Source: Podarcis tiliguerta (Eukaryota). From it: a DNA stretch of 64,000 nt. Position numbers and translations under genes: made by a program. Every line of letters starts with the position of its first letter. Position 1 is the first letter of the stretch. Positions 50,087 to 63,159 of this stretch are shown here, piece after piece. Under the pieces are notes generated by a model. The model had not been told where the DNA came from. It did not search any database and saw nothing but the letters and a program-made list of their open reading frames with translations. The stretch is taken from assembly GCA_965153285.1 (NCBI GenBank), contig OZ229121.1. One strand, given 5' to 3'.

Positions 50087-53000
50087 GTTGTTCTTAGTGG
50101 GGTGGTGCTTCTTCTGCCCCCCTTCAAACACTTGGTGTGGAGGTCAGCAACATCTTTTAAATTCTGAAACAAGCAAATAGCATTGCAAATTGGGTTGAAG
50201 AAGCTATACTAGGAATCTGCCTAAAATTAATCAACCCTTTAGGCAAATTACAATCTAAAAAGCATTTATACTGTCCTTATTTGAAAACACTAAGATTCCT
50301 TCAACTATCTAGTTCGACATAGTTTTAACTTGTACTCTGTAAAACCATTAACATCTTTACTACATAAACTTGGTAAAACATTTCCAGATATACACTTTGG
50401 ACCCAAATCAGTGGAAACTGCATAATAATAACATTTCCGTCAACCTTATCCTGCAGTGGTACAAGACAAATCTCAAACAAAATTTTTGTTACTAAATAAA
50501 AAACTCTAGGAAAGAATTGGGATTTGAAGAAAGCCTGGGGATAGGAAAATTATTTAAACTCCATTATACATTAAGGTAAATCATGTGCATCTGATCTACA
50601 AATTTTCCTTAATCCAATCATTGGGGAATATTTCCCAGTAACTTTTATATCATACTTGTGTGGAACAGCAGATAAATCTACCATGCTGATGCACTCAACT
50701 CAAGTCTTTACTAGGAATTTTCATGAACAACTATTCTCAGCATTAAACAGGAGCTTTCATGGACCTGAAATATTCTTCAAAAGTAATAGTTTTGTGCCAT
50801 TTTGCGCCTGTTCAATGAAGCGCTTCAACACATCCCACCCCATTTTAGAACAGGGTTCTTCTTACTGGCTTTGTGTTCAAGTCAGTCAGAGATATCAGGG
50901 CCAGTGTGACAATACAACAGCACCAGATAGCCAATCAACGAATGTTACACTGCTGACCCTAGGTTCATTAATTTCAATGGGTTTACTCTGGGTAGGACAA
51001 GCATTGGATACAAGCCACAGACTGTTGGCCTGGTAAAGGCATTCAGGCATGAGTAATGGAAGCTAATATTCCCAGCATAGCCACCAGTGACAATCTGTAG
51101 ACACGGTGATGTTTATCAGACAAGCGTCTGCTAGCGAAGACCTATAGTAGTTGCTAGCTCAGCTGTGCGAACAACCAGCTGTGGAGATGAACATGACAGT
51201 TCAATACTCTACAGCGCTGACATGCTCAGACTGCAAACTAGAACTGATACCTGAATGCATTACACAAACATTTGTTGATTGTACTTTAATGTATAAATTA
51301 TTTAGATTCAGCTGTGTCACTTACCTATGAATTGTACTAAAAGTGTTTAATTATTATTACAAGCCCAAATCATTAATACAATAAAAAAAACTGGAATTTT
51401 CAATATATAATGTTGTAGAAGCAATCTAAATATATTTGGTTCAAAGAACTAGTCTTAAAGCAGATTTCATGCAGAAGTAAATAAAGACACAGGAAGAAGA
51501 AGATATGTCTATGGAATGGAAGATGAAAACCAGGAAGAAGATTATTATAACATGATGATTAGATTATGGAAAATAGGGGTAGTTAACCTATCACTCATAA
51601 TAAACTTTGCAAAGGGAAGCAAAAGGCAGGCATGGGTAAAGGAAGGAATAGCTGAAGGAGAAAAGAATGACATGGATACTAAGAATCCACATCTTTAAGG
51701 GCATGTTTACATAAACACTTCTAAAACGAGGGACAGGGAGTTAGATCCGACCAATAGGCCAGATCCTGAATGTCCCCAACCCCAAATGCCATTTTCACAG
51801 GAGGACAGGCCACCCATGATGAATCATTCGCTTTTACCATGATATCAGAAGAAGGGTTTTCTTTTCTCAGAAAGCCTGCCTTGTAACCTAGATGTGTCCC
51901 AAAGTTGAAACAAAACACAAAGGTTCCTGGGTAGGCAGAGAGCTAAACTAAAGAGAAACATGCTAGTCTTTAATTTAACAAGGGCAGGGATTAATTTGGG
52001 ATGGTGTTACTAGGTAGTAAGTGTCAATTTAAGTCAAGCCAAATTATATAGTATTACTGAATGGCTATTTAGTCCAGCATCCTGCTTCTCTCACTGGACA
52101 ACCCAATGCCTACAAGAAGCTCATAGGCATCTCTGCCTTTTATTCCCTGGAACTGGTGTTCAGTGGCATGGTTCCATGTATCCTCTAAGTATTGTGTAAG
52201 CATCATGCCTAGCAGCCACTGATAGTCTTCCTCGCCCCTTGAATTCTTCTACTCTCCTTTAAACCCATGTAAGTTGGAAGCTATGAGCATATCCTGTGTC
52301 AGTGTTTTCCATAGTTTTAACTATGTACTATGCGAAAAAGTGTTCCCATTTGTCTTCCTTGTATTTTTCACCATTCAGCTCCAATGGATGACCCCAAGTT
52401 CTAGTGTCTTAACAATGGGAGAACAACTGAAATGAAGATCTGTTAGTACCATTGTGCTTGCAGATCTTTGGTTTTGACAACTGTGCACATCTTAGCCATG
52501 AATACTATTTTTTCTCAATAAAAAAGCCCAGGAGAAGGACAGAAATCCATTTATACTTTCCATGAAGGATCAAAAGATATATCTAATTACAGCATGTGAT
52601 TAGAAAAAAACCCCCGGATGGTGTTACACTTTCCAAGAATTAGCATTATGATAATTTTATAAATGCTACTAGGCAAACAGACATTATTGCTCTCCTAAAG
52701 ACATTCATTTATATTCCTTTAACAATGAAGCAATTTAACCAGCACATGCCACTTAAAGACACTTCATTTCAAAACATAAGTCAAATACAAATGAAAGACA
52801 CCATTTCAAAATATTAAAAGAACTACAAAGTGAAGAACACCATTTTAAAAGAAAGCATTGCTATCTATCCAAAGTCCATGATTATTTATAAACAATCTGA
52901 AGTCTCAAAGATATTTAAGAATTTGAGGGAAGGAGTCCAAGAACAGCCTTTCTCAAAGCTGATTCTTATACTTCCTTCTGAGGAGAAAAAGTCTCTAAGT

Positions 53001-53136
53001 ATCTCATATTCCTACACAACCCATATGAAAATCTCAACAACTATCAGGTATTTTTCCTTGCAGACCTTTTTCTGACAAAATAAACTTCTGATTTTTTTAC
53101 ATGTAGATTAGGTTGGCTAAACAGCTCCAGGTCAAA

Positions 53137-53259
53137 GGGTTGCAGGCAACTAAGTTTTACTCAGAGTAGACCCACTGAAATGAATGAACCTAAGTTCATT
53201 AATGTCCATTTATTTCAATGGGTCCACTCTGAGCATGACTAAATATAAGATACAACCCA
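53137..53259. repeat. Short palindromic interspersed element (related copies at about 30752-30858, 43694-44680 interrupted, 50940-51015)
   Basis: ACTCAGAGTAGACCCACTGAAAT...ATTTCAATGGGTCCACTCTGAG inverted arms. Confidence 0.7.
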
Positions 53260-53499
53260 AAATGTAGTCCTCACTCTATTTTACAACATTATGCCAATCA
53301 AGAAGCCAATATCAAACAATTATACTTTTAAGCCAAGAAGTGAACCAACCTTTTCTTTTCACATATAGCACCTTTGGTCCTTCTTTGCACCAATGATAGC
53401 TGGTGATCAGTTTTCCAGCTCAGACACAATAAATTTCATGACTTCCTAAAATGACCTTGGGTGATATTTTACATCGTCCAGAAAGTTGGCTGTAATAGC

Positions 53500-53565
53500 A
53501 GATTTCATGGACTTCACTAGATGATCCTTTGGTGTCCCTTCCAACTCTACAATTCTATGATTCTC
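53500..53565 (+). mobile_element. CR1 LINE 3' tail
   Basis: GGTCCCTTCCAACTCTACAATTCTATGATTCT-like terminus; a minus-strand copy lies at about 4292-4355. Confidence 0.75.
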
Positions 53566-55548
53566 ATGTGGCCTGCCACAAACAAGCCATCATCCACTTG
53601 ACTTCACTTTGCTGCATGGTAGGAAAAGCTTAACTTCTTATTTTATAGAGGTGATCGCTTGTGTAAGCTAATTTCCTTTTCCTGAGAGAATTCCTTGCTC
53701 TCTAGCTATCAATCATGACCCCCCCCCCCCAGATTAAGATTTGGATTGGATCACCCTGATTAAACAGCATAAAACATGGAATATGCCCATAAACATTTCC
53801 AGAGGAGACCAGCTGCAATAGCCCTAGGTGTGTAAGTCCTGGGTATATTCAGTTGTCTGGTATATGACTAAATCTGAGATGGGGAACCCATAGCCCTCCA
53901 GATGCTATTGACCTCAACACACAACAGCCTTAATCACTATGGCCAATGGTCAGGAATGATGTGTTAGTTCAGCTACATCTAGACTGCCACAGGATCCCCA
54001 ACACGAGACAAGATAGACCAATATTGTGGTTCAGTGTTTTGCTTTGGTCTTTTGATTGTGCATACCCTTGTTTCTCTTTACTTCCCATACTCCCATACTT
54101 CCCATATTAAATAGACTTAATAATGGAATACTGTATATATACTAGTCTCTGAACACCCTCAAGAGCTGCCTGTTGCCTTCCCCCACATTGTTTAGCTCAC
54201 CTGGGCTATGATACTTGGATTAAAGGGCATGGGAGATCAAGAGGGATGATGAGATGAAGTTGCAAAGCCAGAGACTTGAGAGTTCAGCTGGCAGCTCCAG
54301 CAATTCATAAGGCAGTGGAGATCTTGTGGTTTTATATCTGGATAGCTTAAAACCTTGGCAATGTCTCCCATAGCCAATTATCTTCTCTAAAGAGGAAATG
54401 TTTGGAGGAAATCTGTCAGAAGTTGCTCTGAGCACATTATATATTTGAGCTATATGTTACCTAAATCCAATAATAAATAATAATAATTTTATTATTTATA
54501 TGCTGCCCATCTGTACAGGGTTGCCTTCTGACATCTTCTAAAAGCCATATAGTTATTTATCTGTTTGCTATCTGATGGGAAGGCATTCCAAAGGTTAGCC
54601 CCACTACTGAGAAGACCCTCTGCCTGGTTCCCTGTAACTTCACGTCTTGCAGTGGGGGAACTGCCAGAAGGCTTTTGGAGCTGGATCTCAGTGTCTAGGC
54701 TAGATGATGGAGGTGGAGACTCTCCTTCATCTATGCACTGAACAATCATCACCAGTAATCTTAAAAATGTAATCAAGATCAATGTGCTTTCTTAGTATTA
54801 CAATATTAGAATCATACCAACATAACTATATAAACATTTCCCATACACATGTCCAGGACTAAAATAATGAACATTCCATATACCTGCATTTATCACACAC
54901 ATTACAAGATTTCAACTGAAATACATGAATATTGCATGATCCAATGCAAATCACAACTGTTAGCATATAAATAGGATAATTAAAGTCAACTGATAATTAG
55001 AAAATACTTGTCTTCAAACAACAAAGATGACTTAGCTACTTTGTTGGGCCCAGGAGGTAGAGGAAAGATTTGAGCTACTAAGCAACCACAATATACATTC
55101 CCCAGCAAGCATTAACATCAAGTTGTGTCTCTGTTGCAGTTGCCAAGCAGTGTCACTGGGGAAGTTAGGAATAGTGGTGGAACCGAGCTACTGGCTGCAG
55201 TATTCTCCCTTCAGAAGACAGCAGTCTCACATATAAGGAAGCATTTCCAAGTAACTCTAAAGAGGATTTATTTTAAATAATTGAAAACCGCCTTTGTACA
55301 GATACGTTACTAATTGCTAAGCACCTGTTAAGCAGGCCACCACTTGAAGGCCACCACTACTGCCGCCACTACAACAAGGCCTCGCAGGCTGCCATGATGA
55401 GGCTTCGCAGGCTGCTGATTATTGTGCCACTACTGCCAGGCTGCTGTTGCTTCTGCCTCCCCCTGCCATTGTTGATTCTGCTGCCGCCTAGTAGGTCTGC
55501 TGGCAGTCCCAGATTATTTGTATTCACTATGACTCATCACTGTACTTT

Positions 55549-55872
55549 GGTAAAAGGTAAAGGGACTGCCAGTCCAGTCGCACATGACTCTGGGGTTGTG
55601 GCGCTCATCTCACTTTATTAGCCGAGTGAGCCGGCGTACAGCTTCCGGGTCATGTGGCCATCATGACTAAGCCGCTTCTGGCAAACCAGAGCAGCACATG
55701 GAAACTCCGTTTACCTTCCCGCTGGAGCGGTACCTATTTACCTACTCACACTTTGATGTGCTTTCAAACTGCTAGGTTGGCAGCAGCAGGGACCAAGCAA
55801 TGGGAGCTCACCCCATTGTGGGGATTCAAACTGCCAACCCTCTGATCGGCAAGCCCTAGGCACCACCCACGT
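55549..55872 (-). mobile_element. Sauria SINE
   Basis: (AAAGGT)n start and reverse-complement core of the family. Confidence 0.85.
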
Positions 55873-57564
55873 ACTTTGGTAGCCAAGCCCAAAACCAAAA
55901 GTCTCATTTAGATGCATTTGGGCTTGCCTGCTGCTGAAAGCAACCATGAGGTGATTGATAATATCATCATTTATCAGTTTTAGACCCTTAAGTAGTAGCA
56001 GTTGCTAGGACATTGTCCTGTTCACCTCTACGTAATTCCTTCCTTATTTCAGAAATTGATATATCACAATGTTTAGCTGGTGATATATCAGGTACCCTGG
56101 TGCCTGGGATTTTCCAGACAAGCATTGCAGATACCAAGGAGTAACAGAACGTTCACAACAAGGATTTGTCCTGGCAGCAAATTTTGGAGGAAATGAAGGG
56201 GGCACTTACTGCAGTGGAAACTGATGGTATTGGAGCGAGCGCATTCTGAGTTAGTGGAAATAGATGCTTATGTTTATCTGTACAAGCCTCTTTAGTCAAT
56301 GATTATACACCTAATGATGCTATTCAATGCTTTCATAGCACGAGGAAGTTATTACTGCCATTTGTTTCCTTCCCATTAAAGAACTCAGATACCCAAGAAA
56401 CGAAGATTTAATAGCACTCATGGAATGGGGGTATTAAAAGCAAATTCTGAATATGTTCTTTCACTCACCTCACTTATTTGGCTCATCACTAGGCAGGAAG
56501 CCTTATCAAGTGCTGTAAGTGAGGCAGGAGGTTCCCTCTAAATGCAAAGCTCCAAACTACTGAGTTGCCAAGTATACAGGAAATTGAATGTTGGAAGCCA
56601 AATGGGAAGTAAGGACAGGAGTGTAGCTGAGTAGACCACTCTCAAAGAAAGCAGGGAAGCAACTTTGTTTCCTTCTTTGAGCAATTCCACAACCAGTCAT
56701 TCACACATGGGAAATTACTGTAGTAATCAGCATAGGAGACAAGGTAGGTAGGAGAGGCATATTTTTTCTAGCCTACTAAAATTGTATATTGACATAGATG
56801 CCAACCCCAACACAGGGACAGAAATACCAGACACATGGAAAGAGTTAAGACTATGAACTGCTGTTTCATTATTACACAAGAGATGCATGATCTAGGACAA
56901 CTTAACTCCTTTGGATCTAGTTTCCTATTAAAAGATACCTTAAAAGATATCTGTAGCAAAATGCCAAAGGAGCTAAGATAGAATACTGATCAATTACTGG
57001 TTGACTATGATTCCATTTAATCAAGAATGTTTTTAGGCAAAAGGCAGCATTTCTTTTTATTGGATGATATCATCCAATACGTATTTGCACTTGCATGCAC
57101 CCCTCTTGTAAGCAGGCACGCCTTGCTCTACAACTTTCTCCAGAACGTTTCTGCTCTCTCCCTGATTAAATCACACAGTCCAACTACTTTTACTGACCAC
57201 ATGCTGTTCAAGTACAGACATCTCTGAAAATATCATGGTTCAAGAAGCAACATTATACAAGTACACATACACAGTAATCAAATGCATATGTCTATAGTTA
57301 TAAGCTAGCTGATTGGATTCCTGAATTTTGCCGAAGCCAGAAATTCTAACTGAACAGTTTCTTCTATGAGTATCTATGTGATGAGCTATCATAGTGTACA
57401 TATATACTTCAAGCACCACATGTAGTTAGTGACTTCATTTCTGGTGGTGGTTCACTGTGAAAGCTTTGTGCTACAAATACAAACACACTGTACACAGTTT
57501 GCCACTTGGAAATTATGAAAGTAGTTCGCACCACTAAATGCATGTTGCATTTAGAAAGACTGTA

Positions 57565-57743
57565 CAGTGGTACCTCGGGTTACATTACCTTCGGGTATAC
57601 TTCTGGGTTTCGCCCCATGCTCATGCGCAGAAGCGCTCTATTGCGCCACGCGTGCGCGCAGAAGTGGTTCCTCTGGATATGGACTTTTGGGGGTAAGTAC
57701 GGACCCCCGGGGCAAATTAAGTTCGTATCCGGGGGATCCGCTG
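57565..57743. mobile_element. Tigger/mariner-like MITE
   Basis: TA-CAGTGGTACCTCGGGTTAC...GTATCCGGGGGATCCGCTG-TA. Confidence 0.75.
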
Positions 57744-58136
57744 TATGTGTAGGTCTCCCAGTGTGTGCAAGAGAACTTGAGTGTGAACTTCTCTCTGCTC
57801 AGTCAAACCGATTGCTCAACCAGGTCACCTCTAAAGCAGCACAAAGTAAGTTGGAACCATCTGCATCATAAGCAGGTATGCTGAAGACAAGACATAGGGC
57901 AAGTTTCTCATTTCCCATAAAAGCAAGGGAGCTTTCCCTTCCCAAAGGAAAGGTCCTCTGTATTTGTTGGGTGTTTCTTCAGAAGCACTTTGCCCTCAGG
58001 TTCTTTTTAAAGAAACGAACCCCCCCCCCCCAATATGTGAATTTTGCCCATGTCCCAGATGCAAAGATATTTTAAAAAGATAGGTAGCACAAGTATCCAG
58101 GAATCAGGACTACCACTGCCAATTGCATTTGCTGTG

Positions 58137-58567
58137 GGGAGGAATCATAGCTCAGTGGTAGAGCATCTGCCTGGAATACAGAAAGTCTCAGGTTTAATCT
58201 CTGGCATCTCCAGGTAGGGTTGGGAGACAATCCTGTCTGAAACCCTGGTGAGCTACTGCCAGTCACTGTAGCCAATACAGTGGTACCTCAGGTTACATAC
58301 GCTTCAGGTTACATACGCTTCAGGTTACAGACTCCGCTAACAAAGTGCTTCAGGTTAAGCACTTTGCTTCAGGATGAGAACAGAAATTGTGCTCCGGCGG
58401 CGCGGCAGCAGCAGGAGGCCCCATTAGCTAAAGTGGTGCTTCAGGTTAAGAACAGTTTCAGGTTAAGTACGGACCTCCGGAACGAATTAAGTACTTAACC
58501 TGAGGTACCACTGTACTGAGCTAGATGGATCAATGGTCTGACTCAATGCAGTATAAGGCAGTTTCCT
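58137..58567 (+). mobile_element. tRNA-derived SINE (Squam2-like) interrupted by a MITE
   Basis: TAGCTCAGTGGTAGAGC head; body resumes after the insertion (CTGAGCTAGATGG...TATAAGGCAGTTTCCTA). Confidence 0.75.
58278..58513. mobile_element. Tigger/mariner-like MITE
   Basis: TIR CAGTGGTACCTCAGGTTA...TAACCTGAGGTACCACTG; TA TSD. Confidence 0.88.
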
Positions 58568-58615
58568 AGGGTTTTTTTTCTTTGGCTTGGTATCCTGTTA
58601 AACATGTGAGAAGTA

Positions 58616-58973
58616 CAGTGGTGCCCCGCAAGATGAATGTCTCGCAAGACGGAAAACCTGCAAGACGAAAGGGTTTTCCGTTTTCAGAGGTGCTTCGCAA
58701 GACGAATTTCCCTATGGGCTTGCTTCGCAAGACGAAAATGTCTTGCGATTTTTGAGTTTTTCCCCCGCTCCCCAACCCCTTTATCTAAAGCGCTAAGCTG
58801 CTAATAGCCTTTTAGCAGCTAATCCGCTAATCCCTTAAGCCTTTAATAGCTGTTAATAGCCCTTAAACTGCTAATAGCGCTAATCCGCTAATGGGCTTGC
58901 TTCGCAAGACGAAAAAACCGCAAGACGAAAAGACTCGCGGAACGGATTCTTTTCGTCTTGCGAGGCACCACTG
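58616..58973. mobile_element. Tigger/mariner-like MITE with repeated CGCAAGACGAA motifs
   Basis: CAGTGGTGCCCCGCAAGA...TCTTGCGAGGCACCACTG; TA TSD. Confidence 0.85.
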
Positions 58974-60749
58974 TACAATCTTCTCTTGGACCAGGTTTCT
59001 ACCATTAGAACAGTTCTGTTTTCTGTTACTATCAAATACTAGTTCTACAACCGGCAAGTCTACAATACAGAATTATGCCAGTCTAATAGTCCACGCCTTA
59101 TTATATATATTTACATGACCTGATAAGGTACTCAAATCATTTTTCAACTGAGTGATATTAAGCGGCTTCTAGAAACAAAAACAACCCTCAATACACAAAG
59201 CACTACACAGAACAAATAGCAATTCTATAAAGAAATTTATCTTCAGTATTAATGAAAGCTTAACTTATACTAATCCAGACTACACCACAGAGAAAGCATC
59301 AAAAGCTTAAAATATCATCTTATAAAAAATTACCTTTAGTACAATCATATCAAATTTAGAACAAATTAATAGTATCATTCAGCCTTCCCTCAACCTCATG
59401 CCCTCCAGATATTTTGAACTACAATTTCCATCAGCCTAGGTCTGCATGCCCAATGGCCAGAGAGTTGTACAACAATTGGAGGGCCATAGCCTCACCTGTC
59501 GCACCGTTTATCCTTTGTAAAGACACTTAACTTGACCAAAAGCAGACAGCCAGAAGATCTGCTTGAATATGTCAGCATTCTAGAAGTACTAGAAATACAG
59601 TAGGTTTTAGGTCTTCAGTACTGTAGTTGTATTAAATTAGATATTGTAAAAAAATGCTAAGTGATGTATTCATATAGTTAGCACAAATGATCAGAGTTCA
59701 GTAGTTCAGCTTACAATTATAGAAAAAGAAAGTTATCAGCTTTCTGTATACCAGAATGTTCACAGCTGAGCTATATTACCACAAGTAAGCTGTATTTGTC
59801 AGAAGTATTGCACTGTACTCATGTGCTCCTACTCTAAACAATACCCTGTCTGAGAGCATGCTGTGTCATATGACTGACTTCTGTAATAGAGAAGATTCTC
59901 CCAAGTGTATGAAATGGGTAATTCAGACCCTCTGAATTCCAATTGCTTTGCTAATTATCTATCCCAACAGACTATTGAAGGGGAAAGTTGTACCTATTAA
60001 GTACCAGCGTCTCTCAGTGTTTCTTAACACAGATAAACAGTATGATTCAGATAGACAAGATTTTAATGGTTATAGATGAATATGTATCTTTATAGACCAA
60101 GGGATATGATTTTATTTTTTAAAAAGATGGTAATACATTAGAATCACTCACAATGGACTTTCAGGGATAGGATGAGTTAAAACTAACACATTACTAAGTG
60201 AAACTAGGTGGGGGGAAATAGACATATGCTCTATACAAAATCGCTTGTTTCACTTTCTCCCAGGTAGTCAGGACAATATATTGGAATAAATATTAATATG
60301 ACAACTTCTTAATAAGCTTTATTATATCAAATTCCAGAGGGGAAGTTATATTAGTCTGCTATAGTAAAAACGATGAGTTCTGTTGTACCTTAAAGCCTAA
60401 CAGATTAAGACATACCTTTTGTGGGGCAGGCATAGAAAGTATTCACTACAGAATGACTTTTCACCTTCTGTACAATGTAATATTTTAAAACAGGCAATAA
60501 TAGTTAAGAATGAGATAATTTTCATTTTAAATATTTATTTATATTACACATTTTAGCGTTCACAATTAAGCAAGAAATAGTATGTAAACATGAATTCCTT
60601 TATACAAAAGTAAATTAGACTAATATTCCACTTTGAAAAGAACAGCATGCAAGTAGTTGTTTATCTACTGGCAGACAGACATTACACAATTGACCTATAT
60701 CAAATGGAAATTTTCCAATAGCAAATTTAGCTGAAAGTTTCTGTTAAAC

Positions 60750-60876
60750 CAGAGATGCGAAGCCTGTGGCCCTCTAGATGCTGGAGTACAACATCCATTC
60801 CTGACTACTTGTGGTGTAGGCTGGGCCTGATAGGCGTTGGAATCAAGAAGCATATGGAAAGCCACAGTTTTCCAGA
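60750..60876. mobile_element. Short MER5-like hAT MITE (related copies at about 53877-54000, 59380-59490, 41535-41590)
   Basis: CCTGTGGCCCTC(T/C)AGATG...GCCACAG inverted arms. Confidence 0.55.
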
Positions 60877-60892
60877 GTCCTATTTTAATGTA

Positions 60893-61107
60893 CAATGGTA
60901 CCTCGGGTTCCATACGCTTCAGGTTACAGACTCCGCTAACCCAGAAGTAGTACTGCGGGTTAAGAACTTTGCTTCAGGATGAGAACAGAAATTGCGCGGC
61001 GGCGGCAGGAGGCCCTATTAGCTAAAGTGGTGCTTCAGGTTAAGAACAGTTTCAGGTTAAGAACGGACCTCCGGAACAAATTAAGTACATAACCAGAGGT
61101 ACCACTG
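60893..61107. mobile_element. Tigger/mariner-like MITE (same subfamily as 58278-58513)
   Basis: Near-identical internal sequence; TA TSD. Confidence 0.85.
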
Positions 61108-62740
61108 TATTGAATGTTTCAATTCAAAGTCACTTGCTTTGAAGCCAAAGTAAACAAACAAGATGAATGCAAGTGATTTCTTCATAAACTATATAGTGAA
61201 GCTACACAAGGGGTTCAACCATTCTGGAACCAGGAGCTACTGTGGAAATTAAGAAATTGTCATGGGTACCCAAAAAAACTCCATTTCACAGAAGATGAAC
61301 TGCTGATGAGAAGAATCCTGTCCCAGCCAAAATGCCTACACCTCCCATCCAACAAAACAGACCAAAAAATCAGTCAACACCTCCCAACCAAAAAAACTCA
61401 AATTTACAAAAAAGGGGCATGGGGAGGGGCTTAGTGAGCAGAAAAGAGGCTGTCCAAGGGTGCTAGGTTAGGGTTGTTGTGGGGGCATGGCGGTTTAACC
61501 CTCAAGGGAATTGTATACATGCATTAAAGGACTAGCACAGCACATTTTCTACCAGCTGAATTGATTGTGTACCAGCAGTGCAATGTCCCACAATTCCTCA
61601 AGTAAATACTACATTCCACCTCAAAAGAATGTGCATGCCTCCTAAAATCTCTACTTACACAACAGCTAGTTTTCTGCAGTTATTGTTTGGCTTTGATTTT
61701 AAAATCAGACTGCAACTTTTCCAGAAGTGGAACATCTTCCAAAAAAATCTGTCCCAAGATCTAAGCAGTCCTTGTCCAATTAATTATATTCTCTTATGAG
61801 GAAAAGTTAGCTGAGGTTTACCATGTACCCTGCTTCATAAAATCACCAATTATATTACAAAGTCCTTCTAATTGTTTCAAAAGCAAGGTTCTAACTACAC
61901 ATGACATAGATCCCTAACAAAAACCAGGTGGCTGCTTGTCGTAAAGAAAAGCAGCTTTGGAAGACGGATTTCAAATATAGAAGCAGTGGAAAGATGTTTC
62001 ATCCTTCCCCTCACACCCATCTACTGCATCACTGGTCCGGATCCCCCTCCCAATACTGTTTCTTTTTAGGAAAAGCAGCTGCTAGCCTTTTGTTACATAT
62101 GCATGTGTAACATATGACTAGGCTCTAACACGTTAATGATAAGCCTTACATTGTCAAGTGATCCTGACTGCAATTTGTATTCTGTTCTGCTTGTACTATC
62201 AACTGAATTAAACAAAGAAGATTTTTCTGGCCTGTACCACTTCCTGTTGTGGCTGTGTGTGTTTGTTTGAATACCGCCCCTCCCTTCCATAATGACTTTC
62301 TAGCGTGGGAGGGAAAACCCAGCAAAGAGAAGACTAGTCAGAATCCATCTCCTACCAGGTTAATTGTCTAAAAGCAGGGATCTTTCTCTCCATTGGAAAC
62401 ATTCAAAAAACGCAACCACACTAGCTACATGAAGTGGTACAGGCCAGAAAAAACTTTGCCAATTGATCCCTGCTGATGACATTAAGTGGCCTTCACTGAT
62501 TATAAGCTATCTGAATGCATAGTAGTAAGCCCGGATGTGTAATCTAATTTTGTGCATCTGTCTCTCCTCCTCTCTATAATATATATACATATATTACACA
62601 CACACACAGGGCCACACCCTTGTACTCAGCGCTATTTGCTCCAGAAATCTGTCTCCTGCCTATAATTTCAGTGTGCTGAAAAGGAGGGCCGGGCACCGCA
62701 GGACTTAACGGTGAATCTGAATGAAAAATGTAAAAAAAAA

Positions 62741-62767
62741 CACCACCACCACCACCACCACCACCAC
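62741..62767. repeat. (CAC)n microsatellite
   Basis: Direct reading. Confidence 0.9.
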
Positions 62768-63159
62768 CCCGATCTTACCCATAAACATACACCAAGAGGG
62801 TTGGGGCAGGATGAGAGAAGAGGCAACAAACCCACCCAACCATTAACAACTCGGGATTTCCAAATATGGAGAGCTATTGTGGTGGTATTAAACGAAGGTC
62901 CGAAAGCCGCCGCCCCCTCTCCGCTCTCTAGTCAAAGCCAAACCTCCTGAACTGGGTTTGGCGCCGACCACCCTTGTCTCCCAAAACAGCCCCACACATC
63001 CCGAAAGGCGCATTTCTGCGGATGCCCTCGACCCCCTTCCCGAAGGACGAGGTCAAGTTACGTGCAACTCCCCTTTACACACCCTCACCAAAGCAAAAGG
63101 GAAACCGAAGCCTGACTGAAACCCTCTTTTTAATTTTATTTTTTGGGGTGCCATTCGAT

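Noticed and set aside
62711-62950. Poly-His ORF
   Set aside because: Translation of a (CAC)n microsatellite; non-ATG start and no exon structure
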